DNA of 64,000 nucleotides from Patescibacteria group bacterium (GCA_038065095.1 JBBTRR010000004.1:15998-79997), one strand, 5' to 3'; shown: positions 48,259 through 58,177, numbered from the stretch's first letter. The notes: generated by a model from the letters alone, not told the origin. A program made the numbers and translations.

Positions 48259-49524
48259 ATGAAATTAGAATCAAAAGATTTACCAAAGTCTCAATTAGAG
48301 TTAGCTATAACTTTATCATCTGACGAGTTGGAAAAATATTTAGACGCAAGTGTGCGTGAACTTTCTCGTCATAATCCCATAAAGGGTTTTAGACCTGGTT
48401 TTGCTTCACGTGATGTTGTGGTTCGCGAATTAGGCAAAGAAAAAGTGGAACATGTTGCCTTTGACATTGCTGTTCGTGAAAAACTAACAGAAGTTATTAA
48501 CGAAAAAAAGATAAGTTTTGTGGGCGAACCTAAAGTTTCCAAAGTTTTACCTAAAGATGGCGGTATTGAATTTAGCGCTGTGCTTTCGGTTGTGCCACAA
48601 ATTGATCCAGGTGAATATAAAAAAATAAAAATATCTTTAGATGAAGTTAAAGTTGAAGAAAAAGAAATTGCAGAAGTTTTGGAAGATATAAGAAAATCTC
48701 GAACCCAAAATTTTAATGTTGATCGTGCTGCCGATAAAGGCGATAGAGTGGAAATTGATTTCTTGGTTAAAAAAGAAGGGGTGCTTGTTGATGGCGGAGA
48801 ATCTAAACAGCATCCTTTAGTTTTAGGTGAAGGACATTTTATAGAAGGTTTTGAAGACAATATTGTTGGTTTAAAAGAAGGCGAAACTAAGAATTTTTCT
48901 TTAACTGCTCCAGTAAATTATCACAATAAAGATATGGCGGGTAAAAAGATAGATTTTGAGGTTAAAATGAATTTGGTTCAGGCAAGAAAATTACCAGAGC
49001 TTACCGATGAGTTTGTAAAGTCTTTAGGTAAGTTTGCTTCGTTAGAAGATTTGAAATCTAATATTATTGAAGGTATTAAAATTGAAAAGAAAGCTAAAGC
49101 AGAAGAAAAACGCAGAGCTAAAATTGTAGAAGAATTAGTTAAAAATATTAAAGTAGAATTACCTCAAGAGCTTATAGAAATGGAATTTGAAAAAATGACG
49201 GCGGAACTAGCCGATTCATTAAGGCAGATGAATTTAACGCTAGAAAATTATTTAAATCATATTAGTAAAACTCCAGAAGAATTAAAAAAGGATTGGGAAC
49301 CTCAAGCTGAAAAAAGAGTTAAAGCAGCGCTAGTATTAAAAGAAATTTCTAAAAGAGAAAATGTGGAGGTTGCAGAAGCTGAAATAGAAGAAAAGTTAAC
49401 AGCTATGATGCGCCAAGCTCCGCCGCTCGCGCCTAATCAAAATCTTGATTTGACAGCATTAAGAGGGTATGTTAAAAACATAATACGAAACGAGAAAGTA
49501 TTTAAGGTTTTAGAAAACCAGTAA
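48259..49524 (+). CDS. tig: Trigger factor
   Basis: IKGFRPG, FKBP domain (GDRV.IDF, LG...FIEGFED.I.G), lies upstream of clpP. Confidence 0.95.
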   Translation: MKLESKDLPKSQLELAITLSSDELEKYLDASVRELSRHNPIKGFRPGFASRDVVVRELGKEKVEHVAFDIAVREKLTEVINEKKISFVGEPKVSKVLPKDGGIEFSAVLSVVPQIDPGEYKKIKISLDEVKVEEKEIAEVLEDIRKSRTQNFNVDRAADKGDRVEIDFLVKKEGVLVDGGESKQHPLVLGEGHFIEGFEDNIVGLKEGETKNFSLTAPVNYHNKDMAGKKIDFEVKMNLVQARKLPELTDEFVKSLGKFASLEDLKSNIIEGIKIEKKAKAEEKRRAKIVEELVKNIKVELPQELIEMEFEKMTAELADSLRQMNLTLENYLNHISKTPEELKKDWEPQAEKRVKAALVLKEISKRENVEVAEAEIEEKLTAMMRQAPPLAPNQNLDLTALRGYVKNIIRNEKVFKVLENQ

Positions 49525-49656
49525 ATCAAGTGGTTTATAAGCAGAACATTCCTCGCAGACGATATATGAATCTTGCCTAAGCAAGATTCATCGTCAACTG
49601 ATTTAGGTTTTCTCCATAATGCTACTCGGAGTGTTTTGATTACAATACATAAAACC

Positions 49657-50241
49657 ATGAATTTAATTCCAACAGTTATAGAAAAAACTTCGTATGGCGA
49701 AAGGGCTTACGATATATACTCGCGATTACTTAAAGAAAGAATCGTGTTTTTGGGTGGTTCCATAAACGATGCAGTTGCCAACACTGTAATTGCTCAACTT
49801 TTGTTTTTAGAAAGCCAAGATCCTAAAAAAGAGATCAAACTTTATATAAATAGCCCAGGTGGTTCTGTTACCGCAGGACTGGCTGTTTACGATACAATAC
49901 AGTTAATTAAAAGCGATGTTTCTACTATTTGTGTGGGTATAGCGGCTTCAATGGGCGCAGTTTTGCTGGCTGGTGGTAAAAAGGGTAGAAGATTTTCTTT
50001 GCCAAATAGCGAAGTTATGATTCACCAAGTTATGGGCGGGGTAGAAGGCCAAGCTGTAGAAATAGAAATTTCTGCTCGGCATATAATTAAAGTTAAGGAC
50101 AGGTTAAATAAAATTTTGGCTAAGCATAGTGGCAAGAGCCTAAAAGATATAGAAAAAGATACAGATAGAGACCATTTTATGTCTGCAGAAGAAGCCAAGG
50201 CTTATGGAATTGTGGATGAAATAATTTCGGCTAAAAAATAA
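49657..50241 (+). CDS. clpP: ATP-dependent Clp protease proteolytic subunit
   Basis: [36 protein letters not shown]; ATG at 49657 preferred. Confidence 0.98.
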   Translation: MNLIPTVIEKTSYGERAYDIYSRLLKERIVFLGGSINDAVANTVIAQLLFLESQDPKKEIKLYINSPGGSVTAGLAVYDTIQLIKSDVSTICVGIAASMGAVLLAGGKKGRRFSLPNSEVMIHQVMGGVEGQAVEIEISARHIIKVKDRLNKILAKHSGKSLKDIEKDTDRDHFMSAEEAKAYGIVDEIISAKK

Positions 50242-50292
50242 AAGAAGCAGGCAAAACTGCAAAAAAGAACGGTTGATAGCCGTTCTTTTTCA

Positions 50293-51879
50293 TTATTTAT
50301 ATAATATTGGGAGTAGGCTTTTGCCATCCATATCGCTAGGCGCATTGATTTGCATTAGGTCTAGAACAGTAGCCGCCACATCTTGCAGTATACCTTTTAC
50401 ACCAGTTTTTTCTTCTCGTAATTCTTTTATTTTCTCTGATGTTTTTTCTTTTTTTAATTGATTCGTCACTAAATACAGTGGCACGGGGTTTATGGTGTGT
50501 TCGGTATTTATTTCTCCGCTAAGAGTATTTATTTTGAGTTCAGCGTTGCCATGATCGGCAGTTATTATTAAAGTTCCGTTAACTTCTAAAACAGCGTCCA
50601 TTATTTTTTTTACAGCCAAATCAATTGATTCAACTGATTTTATTGTTGCGGATAAATCGCCAGTGTGCCCAACCATATCAGCATTGGCTAAATTAGCTAA
50701 AAGAAAATCGTATTTTGCAGATTTTATAGCGCTAGTCAAACCCTCGGCTATTTCAAAAGCTTTCATCTTCGGAACATCGCTAAAATGTGTGGCGGTTGCA
50801 GATTTTATAAGCTGTCTTTCTTCACCTTCGAACGCGCTTTCTTGCCCGCCGTTAAAAAAATAAGTTACATGCGCATATTTTTCTGTTTCGGCAATTTTAA
50901 ATTGTTTTTTGCCGTTTTCTGAAAGTATTTGAGAAAGTGTATACTTTAGTTCGAGGGGGGGGAATATAACCTCTGCAGGTAAACCTTTTTCGTAGGGGGT
51001 TAACATTGCATAGAAATTATTTTTTGTTTCTTTGTGCGAAAATTCTTTAAATTTTGGCTCAGCTATAGCTTTTACAAGTTCGCGGGCTCTGTCTTCTCTA
51101 AAATTAAAAAATATAACAACATCACCGTCTTTTACTGTACCTAGTGGTTCATTTTTTTCATCTACTAAGACAATAGGTTCTAAATAATTATCGTTTATAT
51201 TTTTGGCATATTGGTTTTTTATTGATTGAATAAAATCTTGGGTTTTTTCGCCTTGGCCTTCTATTACTAGACGATAAGCTTTTTCTATTCTATCCCAGTG
51301 GGCATCTCTATCCATACTGTAAAATCTGCCAATACAACTTGCGATTTTACCTTTACCGAGCCAGTTTAATCTTTCAATTAAATTTTGTATAAGTGTCGCC
51401 GCCTCTTTAGGTGGGCTGTCTTGGCCATCGGTTGAAAGATGCAACCAGATTTCTTTTACATTTTCGTTTTTAGCCATTTCAACAAGTGCATATAAGTGGT
51501 CTATATAAGAATGCACCGAACCCGAACCAACCAAACCAACTAAGTGCCAAGCGGAATTATTTTCTTTGGCATGTGCGATCGCTTTTTTTAAAACTGGATT
51601 TTGAAAAAAACTTCCATTTTGAATAGCAAAAGTTATGCGGGTTAAGGGTTGTTGCCAGATTTGGCCTGTACCCATAGCAGTGTGACCCACTTCGGAATTT
51701 CCAGCTTCACCCCACGGCAAACCCACTGGTACACCCGAAGCCTGCAACAAAACAAAAGGATAGTTTTTTTCTATAAAATCTAAGTTTGGTTTATTGGCTT
51801 GAGTTATGGCGTTACCCTTACTTTCTTCGCCTACACCATAGCCATCTAAAATTAGTAGAACAACAGGTCTCATTACCAT
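50293..51879 (-). CDS. gpmI: 2,3-BPG-independent phosphoglycerate mutase
   Basis: LILDGYG, GNSEVGH, GRFYSMDRD, AETEKYAHVT, DMVGHTG, TADHGN. Confidence 0.97.
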   Translation of the reverse strand: MVMRPVVLLILDGYGVGEESKGNAITQANKPNLDFIEKNYPFVLLQASGVPVGLPWGEAGNSEVGHTAMGTGQIWQQPLTRITFAIQNGSFFQNPVLKKAIAHAKENNSAWHLVGLVGSGSVHSYIDHLYALVEMAKNENVKEIWLHLSTDGQDSPPKEAATLIQNLIERLNWLGKGKIASCIGRFYSMDRDAHWDRIEKAYRLVIEGQGEKTQDFIQSIKNQYAKNINDNYLEPIVLVDEKNEPLGTVKDGDVVIFFNFREDRARELVKAIAEPKFKEFSHKETKNNFYAMLTPYEKGLPAEVIFPPLELKYTLSQILSENGKKQFKIAETEKYAHVTYFFNGGQESAFEGEERQLIKSATATHFSDVPKMKAFEIAEGLTSAIKSAKYDFLLANLANADMVGHTGDLSATIKSVESIDLAVKKIMDAVLEVNGTLIITADHGNAELKINTLSGEINTEHTINPVPLYLVTNQLKKEKTSEKIKELREEKTGVKGILQDVAATVLDLMQINAPSDMDGKSLLPILYK

Positions 51880-51910
51880 ATTATACTTGAGACTAGATTT
51901 TACTGCTCTA

Positions 51911-51971
51911 TTGACACTTTCTTAAAAATTATTGTATCTTAGAGTTAAATGGTTCTTTAACAAAAAAGGAG
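51911..51971 (+). promoter_or_regulatory. Sigma70 promoter, boxA-like element and RBS
   Basis: TTGACA-18-TATCTT, GTTCTTTAACAA (51952-51963), AAAGGAG. Confidence 0.55.
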
Positions 51972-51972
51972 A

Positions 51973-53184
51973 ATGGTAATGTTAGCAAAGGAACTTTTAG
52001 TTCGAGAAGAAGAGCCTCTAATTACTACTGAAGAGCAAATTTCTTTCAGTCAGGAGAAAGAAGAGGTTGAAATAGATTTAGCTAAAAAAGCCAAGGAAAT
52101 TTTAGGTTATACACCTCTTATTTTGGAGCAAGAAAGAAAAATACGAAAGAATAAAGAAGCCAAAGATCGTTTTCTTTTCAGGACAGCTATATTTATGGCT
52201 GGTATACAACCTTTCAAGTTGAAATCAGTAGTGGATTATAAGGAAGCTGCAGTTAGGGAGAAACTTGATTTTCGTGGCCAGATGGTAGAAAAGGTTTACA
52301 AAGGATCTATATATTTGTGGGGAGCATTAGTAGTTGTCGGAGTGGTTTTATTTTTAGCCTATGCGACTGCAGATAAAATTGCCGAAGATACCTCGTCTTA
52401 TTCGGTATTTCAAGATACAGAAACAGGGCGTGGTTTAGGATTTAGAATTGCGTGGGAGATGATAGGAATATTTCCAAGATCAACGGAAATTATCATCACT
52501 CCAACCGAACAAGAAATAGAGAGTTGGATCCGACGACAGATTCTGGATGAAAATCTGCGTGGTAGTCAAGTTCAAAAAAGATTGAGAGAAATGGCTGAAC
52601 AGCATTTTCTAAAATCCAGCTTGAGCATAGGTGATCCTCGAGTGATTCGTAACTTTGTATTACGTTTTGCTTTACCTATTTTTCTGGTGGTTGTGCTGGT
52701 CAAATTATTTTTTGACAGGCGTTTACGAGAGCATCTTCCCACTAGAAGAGTTTTTTGGAAGTTGATACCAATTAAGGACTATGATCAGCCAGTTCCAGAA
52801 TCTGTTTTACAAACAGCGGTCAAAATTGGGGAACGTAATCCAGAACTAGAATTCTTTGTTGATAATCTGATGGAAAAGAAATTGCCCCAACGTTTCTGGG
52901 TGCACACTTTAGTTTTAGTTCCAGTGTTGACGTTGGTTATGTATTACGCTGGTACTAGGTTGTCAGAAATGCTTTGGATGTATCTTGCTTCGATAGCTAT
53001 GTCTGGAACTGCTATAGCCATTGCCAATGCAGCAACTATGGTTGCACCGATTGTAGTGGACCCGTTCTTGGTTGTGAGGCATAAGGATTATCCTAATGTG
53101 CCAGAAGAATACTATGTTTATGTTTGGGATGAACCAAAGTTTGAAAGGCAAACCAACACAAGAGGGAGCGCGCATCTTAACTAG
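51973..53184 (+). CDS. ORFan membrane protein
   Basis: 403 aa, 4 hydrophobic segments; Y.QPVPE.VL.TA..I and DPFLVV...YY..VWDEP.FE blocks. Confidence 0.8.
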   Translation: MVMLAKELLVREEEPLITTEEQISFSQEKEEVEIDLAKKAKEILGYTPLILEQERKIRKNKEAKDRFLFRTAIFMAGIQPFKLKSVVDYKEAAVREKLDFRGQMVEKVYKGSIYLWGALVVVGVVLFLAYATADKIAEDTSSYSVFQDTETGRGLGFRIAWEMIGIFPRSTEIIITPTEQEIESWIRRQILDENLRGSQVQKRLREMAEQHFLKSSLSIGDPRVIRNFVLRFALPIFLVVVLVKLFFDRRLREHLPTRRVFWKLIPIKDYDQPVPESVLQTAVKIGERNPELEFFVDNLMEKKLPQRFWVHTLVLVPVLTLVMYYAGTRLSEMLWMYLASIAMSGTAIAIANAATMVAPIVVDPFLVVRHKDYPNVPEEYYVYVWDEPKFERQTNTRGSAHLN

Positions 53185-53353
53185 AAGGTAATGTTCAAAA
53201 AGTTATTTTATTCTACTAAACCCCACTAAACAGTGGGGTTTTTGTTACTTAAACACACAGTTATTGACAAACTACGGGGTGATATGCTATGATGTAAACA
53301 TCAGAAAAAAGGGTAGTTCCTTCTTAATGTCCTATATGGACGATAGGGTCGTT

Positions 53354-53587
53354 ATGAAATATCTAGTTGGATTCTGGATGTTCGTGGTCGGCTATTATGG
53401 TTTTTTGAACATTCTACTTCAGGAGACCTACAAGTCGCCTGTCGGGTCAGCCTCTCCGTATTACACTGTACCTGGCGTACACACAGATACGTCGGATATG
53501 ACCTTGATAGTGGGGGGAACACTCTTTATTCTGTTCATGATGTGGTTGAACAGAAAGAGGGAGACCCGCTATCCGTTCCAAAACTGA
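53354..53587 (+). CDS. Small 2-TM protein
   Basis: MKYLVGFWMFVV...; TTGACA promoter near 53265. Confidence 0.55.
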   Translation: MKYLVGFWMFVVGYYGFLNILLQETYKSPVGSASPYYTVPGVHTDTSDMTLIVGGTLFILFMMWLNRKRETRYPFQN

Positions 53588-53655
53588 AGATTGAGTCTGG
53601 AAGACTTGAATCTTCTTGACCCCTTGAATATTGAAATTTGTTCAGGGGGTCTTTT

Positions 53656-53913
53656 TTATCTGTAAATATCTTTACGATGATCTATGTCAAAAAAGATGGC
53701 GGTATCGGTTGTGTGGAAATAAAAAAGCACCCGATAATTTCGGGTGATGCGAAAAGAGAAAACATGCTTTAAGGTTTTATTCTTTTTTATATGAAGACGA
53801 GGACTTCGCCAGTCGGTTAAAAAGAAATCCTCTTGAATCTGATAAAGCCGTTGAATTGCTTGGGGTAATTTCTTGAAAGCGCGTTTAAAATCGTCAGTTT
53901 GAATTATTCTCAT
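53656..53913 (-). CDS. RelE-family toxin
   Basis: FKRAFKKLP...P.LH.KK...FSFRITRNYRVLF...DHRKDIYR. Confidence 0.88.
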   Translation of the reverse strand: MRIIQTDDFKRAFKKLPQAIQRLYQIQEDFFLTDWRSPRLHIKKNKTLKHVFSFRITRNYRVLFYFHTTDTAIFFDIDHRKDIYR

Positions 53914-54107
53914 GCCGATAATGGCGGGTACAGCTTTGAGGCTTTTTTATAAGAATTTTTGATTCTAGTAGGATGAGCATAATCTTTTAAATCTTCTTGT
54001 GGAAAATCAGAAGTCATTTTTTGAATAACATCAAAACGCTCGGCCTTTTCCACGAGCTCTTGGTATCTTTCTTTGGTTAAGGTTATCTTACCATTCATAG
54101 TATACAC
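53910..54107 (-). CDS. Putative antitoxin
   Basis: Small ORF ATGA-coupled to RelE. Confidence 0.7.
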   Translation of the reverse strand: MYTMNGKITLTKERYQELVEKAERFDVIQKMTSDFPQEDLKDYAHPTRIKNSYKKASKLYPPLSA

Positions 54108-54174
54108 TTTAGCTAAAATGTCTGTATTTGTAAAATAATTTGCCAGTAGGTAGTAAAATTGATATCATTTCGGT

Positions 54175-54450
54175 ATGAGAAAAAGGACTAAAATACAATC
54201 ACAATATTATGTAACTTATGAACGCGATGGCAAAAAAGGTTATGTGGCTTCGGCGCCAGCCATCACTGGTTGCGTTGTTTATGGAAAAACGCTTGAGGAA
54301 GCTCACCAGAACATAAGTTCGGCCATTAAAGAATGTTTGGAAGTGATTCATCAGTTTAACAAAGATACTCCTAAAGAAACTATGGAGCCAAAAGAAGTAC
54401 GCAAATTTTCCTTCGTTAAAGTTAGACAGCGTGAATATGCTAAAACTTAA
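54175..54450 (+). CDS. hicB: HicB antitoxin
   Basis: YVASAPAITGC.VYGKTLEEA..NI..AI. Confidence 0.9.
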   Translation: MRKRTKIQSQYYVTYERDGKKGYVASAPAITGCVVYGKTLEEAHQNISSAIKECLEVIHQFNKDTPKETMEPKEVRKFSFVKVRQREYAKT

Positions 54451-54658
54451 ACCAATCGGTTATGGTGAGTTTGCAAGAAAACTGATTCGCGCTGGCTATA
54501 TGCCTATTAGAAAATCTAAACACACTATCTATTTTCATTCCGTAAAAAATATAACTATACCTTTTCCTCATAAACATGCTCACGACATACCTACTGGCCT
54601 GTTAAATAAACTTATCAAAGAAATGGGTTTATCGCGCGAGGATTTTGGGCGACTTTAG
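54431..54658 (+). CDS. hicA: HicA toxin
   Basis: L.RAGY....SKH...P.PH...DIPTGLL..LIK..GL. Confidence 0.85.
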   Translation: MNMLKLKPIGYGEFARKLIRAGYMPIRKSKHTIYFHSVKNITIPFPHKHAHDIPTGLLNKLIKEMGLSREDFGRL

Positions 54659-54805
54659 AAATTTTATTTTACTCTCGTTGATGTTTAGTATCAACTCACC
54701 CCGATTTTAAATCTGGGCTTTACACAGTAGCAACTGTTTTGGGCACACACATATGGCGGATTGATTAATTTGTCAGTTTTATAATGCTGGGTTATACTAC
54801 TTTCA

Positions 54806-55030
54806 ATGATAAGGATAAGCTATAGCAAGCATTCTTTAGATAGATTAAGAAAAAGAGGTATATCTAAAAATCTTGTTCACGAGGCTATAGAGAAAGGACA
54901 AGAAAGGAAGTTGCAATTAAATCTGGGAACTGTTAAATGTGTTTATGCTAAGAGTGGCAAAAAGTTAGTGGTTATTTATCTTCAGAACAAAGAGAATTTT
55001 AAAATTGTAACTGCTTACTACCAAGATTAA
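54806..55030 (+). CDS. DUF4258 (RelE-like) toxin
   Basis: YSKHS.DR.RKRGIS...V.EAI..G...IVTAY. Confidence 0.85.
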   Translation: MIRISYSKHSLDRLRKRGISKNLVHEAIEKGQERKLQLNLGTVKCVYAKSGKKLVVIYLQNKENFKIVTAYYQD

Positions 55031-55045
55031 AAGTAATATATAAAT

Positions 55046-55267
55046 ATGAAAATAAAATACGACAAAGAAGTGGATGTTTTATATATAGAACTTAAGAAAA
55101 GCCGGGTATATAAAACCGTGGAAACTCGGGACAGTTTTTTAATTGATTTTGATAAAGAAGGTCAAGTTATAGGTTTTGAAATATTGGGTTATTCTAAAAC
55201 GGTGCCTAAAGTGGACGAAAGATTTTCAGTGTATGCTGGGCAAAGCAGGATCAAAATTCCTGTATAG
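55046..55267 (+). CDS. DUF2283 antitoxin
   Basis: MKIKYDKEVDVLYI...IDFDKEG.VIGFEIL. Confidence 0.9.
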   Translation: MKIKYDKEVDVLYIELKKSRVYKTVETRDSFLIDFDKEGQVIGFEILGYSKTVPKVDERFSVYAGQSRIKIPV

Positions 55268-55518
55268 AATTATTTTTGTCGGGCATTGGGTTGTTGAGTA
55301 TATACATATCATTTTAACCTTGGGGTGTGAACCACAACAAGGTATTTACTTTTTTGCCTTATAAGTGTTAAGTTTAATTTGGTATTAATTTAAGATTTAG
55401 AGTTTGTTGGAGGTATACTTTGGGCCAAAAGGTACGAAAAGGTGGCACAAAGCATTAATATTTTACGTTTTTAAAATGTTTTTACAGGTTTTAAACCATC
55501 CGATAACTTACACACAAA

Positions 55519-57048
55519 ATGTTTTCATTGGGAATATTACCCCAACTAGTTTTGGTTGCGGCCATTGGCTTGGGGATAGGTTACTTTATACGCCAACAGA
55601 TAGCTCAAAGAAGGGCTGGTAGTTTGGAGGCGCGCCTCGCTAAAATGGTTGAAAAAGCCAAAGCCGAGGTAAAGGAAAAAGAAGATGAGGCCAAAGGAAA
55701 AGCGAGAGAAATTATAAACGAAGCCAAAGAAGAAACAGCTCGTAGGCAATCTCAACTTACCAAAATAGAAGATCTCTTACTTAAAAGAGAAGAGGGTTTA
55801 GAAAAAAAAATACAGGAAACAGAACGAAAAATAGAAGTTCTGGAGGGAGAGCGTGTTCAGGTTTCAAAAACCAAAGAAGTAGTAGAAGAAATAAGAAAAA
55901 AGGAAATATTAGAATTAGAAAGAATTTCTAATCTAAATCAAGAAAAAGCTAAGGCAGAACTTTTTAATCAACTAGAAAAAACTTACAGCGAAGATCTTTT
56001 AAGGCAAATTCATCGTTTACAAAACGAAAACAGAACTGAACTTGATAAAAAAACTCAAGATATTTTGGTTTCTTCGTTACAACGATATGCAGGTTCGGTG
56101 GTTTCCGAAGTAACAACTACTTATGTTAAGTTGCCCTCGGAAGAACTTAAGGGAAAAATAATTGGCAAAGAAGGTAGAAATATTAAGGCTTTAGAAAGAT
56201 TAACTGGTGTAGAAATTGTGGTAGATGAAACTCCGGATTCTGTTATGATTTCTGGTTTTGACCCGGTACGCAGGCAAATTGCTAAAACTGCTCTGGAAGA
56301 TTTAATAAAAGATGGACGCATTCAACCAGCAAAAATAGAAGAAGCTGTAGCTACTGCCCGTGAAAAGGTTAACGAAAAAGCTAAAGAAGCGGGAGAAGCC
56401 GCAGTTTTTGATCTAGGTTTAACGGGAATAGATCCAAGATTAATACAGCTTTTGGGTAGATTAAAGTTTAGAACTTCTTTTGGGCAAAATGTTTTAGATC
56501 ACTCGGTAGAGGCGTCTCATATAGCCGGGATGTTAGCAGTAGAACTTGGTGTTAATGTGCGTGTGGCTAAAATGGGAACGCTTTTTCATGATGTTGGAAA
56601 AGCTATAGACCACGAGGTTCAGGGTTCGCATGTAGATATTGGCCGAAGAATTTTACAAAAGTTTGGTGTAGATGAAAATGTTGTAAAAGCTATGCAGGCT
56701 CATCATGGTGAATATCCTTATGAAACTCCGGAAAGTATTATTGTTCAGGTAGCGGAATCAATTTCTGCAGCTCGCCCTGGCGCTCGCAAAGATTCTGTAG
56801 AAATTTATCTTAAACGTTTAGAAGATATTGAAAGAATCACCAACAGTTTTGAAGGTATTGAAAAGTCTTACGCCATACAATCAGGCCGAGAGGTTAGGGT
56901 GTTTGTAATGCCAGATAAAATTGATGATTTTGGTATGCATAAACTAGCCAAAGATATGGCGGCTAAGATTCAGGAGGAGCTTAGGTATCCTGGAGAAATT
57001 AAAATAACCGTTATTAGAGAAAATAGGGCGGTGGAATATGCAAAATAG
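55519..57048 (+). CDS. rny: Ribonuclease Y
   Basis: N-terminal TM, coiled coil, KH (KGKIIGKEGRNI), HD (HDVGKA), SAARPGAR, YAIQSGRE. Confidence 0.97.
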   Translation: MFSLGILPQLVLVAAIGLGIGYFIRQQIAQRRAGSLEARLAKMVEKAKAEVKEKEDEAKGKAREIINEAKEETARRQSQLTKIEDLLLKREEGLEKKIQETERKIEVLEGERVQVSKTKEVVEEIRKKEILELERISNLNQEKAKAELFNQLEKTYSEDLLRQIHRLQNENRTELDKKTQDILVSSLQRYAGSVVSEVTTTYVKLPSEELKGKIIGKEGRNIKALERLTGVEIVVDETPDSVMISGFDPVRRQIAKTALEDLIKDGRIQPAKIEEAVATAREKVNEKAKEAGEAAVFDLGLTGIDPRLIQLLGRLKFRTSFGQNVLDHSVEASHIAGMLAVELGVNVRVAKMGTLFHDVGKAIDHEVQGSHVDIGRRILQKFGVDENVVKAMQAHHGEYPYETPESIIVQVAESISAARPGARKDSVEIYLKRLEDIERITNSFEGIEKSYAIQSGREVRVFVMPDKIDDFGMHKLAKDMAAKIQEELRYPGEIKITVIRENRAVEYAK

Positions 57049-57270
57049 ATTATGTTACAAAAAATCACCCCTCGCAGACGATATGGAGCCTCTTTATTAT
57101 ATTCTGGTCTTCTCCATAATGCTGCTTGGGGTGATTTTTTTATTTTTATTTTTCCACAACGAAAGATGAGGTTTATTGCGGAAAAATTGAAGGTCGGGTA
57201 TTATGGAGATAGTAAAGATGCGACTTTTTGGAAAGGTCGAATAAAAAGCGTAGTAATTGCTTAAAAAATA

Positions 57271-57543
57271 ATGACAAAAAATCAATTCGTGGCAGCAGTA
57301 GCCACCAAGACAGGCAAGGCCAAGTCAGAAACAGCAGAAATGGTAGATGCTATTTTTGATACTATTACACAGACTATGATTAAGGGGGACAATGCAAACA
57401 TTTCTGGTTTTGGAGTTTTTAGAGTTTCCGATAGAAAAGCTCGTGAAGGCATTAATCCAAGAACTGGTGAAAAAATTCAAATTGCAGCTAAAAAGGCTCC
57501 TAAATTTAGAGCCGGTAAGACCTTGAAAGAAGCTGTAAAATAG
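57271..57543 (+). CDS. hup: DNA-binding protein HU
   Basis: GFGVF...RKAREGINPRTGE.IQI.A...PKFRAGK.LK. Confidence 0.96.
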   Translation: MTKNQFVAAVATKTGKAKSETAEMVDAIFDTITQTMIKGDNANISGFGVFRVSDRKAREGINPRTGEKIQIAAKKAPKFRAGKTLKEAVK

Positions 57544-57595
57544 TATTTCTTATAACTTAAAAAATCACTCCGATCTATTCGGGGTGGTTTTAGTT

Positions 57596-57789
57596 TGGAG
57601 TGGGTAAGGGGAATCGGTCACAGATAATGCCTCACTGTCGCTCGGTATTTCTGCGACCCCAGCTCATCGCAATTTTTTTATAAAAATTGACGATTCCGCT
57701 TTTCGATTCCCCACGTGGGCAAATAAATTTGCCCACTTTACCCGATAACAAAAACAGAACCTAAAGAGTAGGTTCTGTTTTTGTTATTG
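57596..57789 (-). mobile_element. Mini-element at the tRNA-Gly 3' end with a displaced CCA-bearing tRNA end
   Basis: TGGAGTGGGTAAGGGGAATCG (57596-57616) repeats the tRNA end at 57788-57807; core is shared with 57958-58050. Confidence 0.7.
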
Positions 57790-57860
57790 AGCGGGTAAGG
57801 GGAATCGAACCCCTAGCAACAGCTTGGAAAGCTGTGGTATTACCACTATACGATACCCGC
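57790..57860 (-). tRNA. tRNA-Gly (UCC)
   Basis: GCGGGTATCGTATAGTGGT, ACAGC TT TCC AA GCTGT, GGTTCGATTCC. Confidence 0.95.
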
Positions 57861-57940
57861 CTACGCTCGCTGCGAGCTATGGCGGGCAAGCCCGCCAATG
57901 GTTAGCGAAGTTTCTTTTAAATTTATTCCTTCGTTTGACT

Positions 57941-58106
57941 TGGTCGGGGCCGCCGAGAATCGGTCACAACTCTCGCCTCGTCGTCACTCGGCTCGGTCGC
58001 GACCCCAGCTCATCACAATTTTCTGCTGAAAATTGATGATTCCGCTTTTTTCTTCTCGACACACGACAATAAATCGTCGTGCTGCTCCCTCCTTCACTTC
58101 GTTCAG
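57941..58106 (-). mobile_element. Mini-element at the tRNA-Pro 3' end with a displaced CCA-bearing tRNA end
   Basis: TGGTCGGGGCCGCCGAGAATCG (57941-57962) repeats the tRNA end at 58106-58124. Confidence 0.7.
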
Positions 58107-58177
58107 TCGGGGCGCCGAGAATCGAACTCGGCCTACCTGTTCCCAAAACAGGCGTACTACCAATATACGACGCCCCG
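58107..58177 (-). tRNA. tRNA-Pro (UGG)
   Basis: CGGGGCGTCGTATATTGGT, CCTGT TT TGG GA ACAGG, GTTCGATTC. Confidence 0.95.

Noticed and set aside
49573-49656. N-terminal extension of ClpP in the ORF track
   Set aside because: It is a translation of the intergenic structured repeat; the conserved ClpP start is at 49657.
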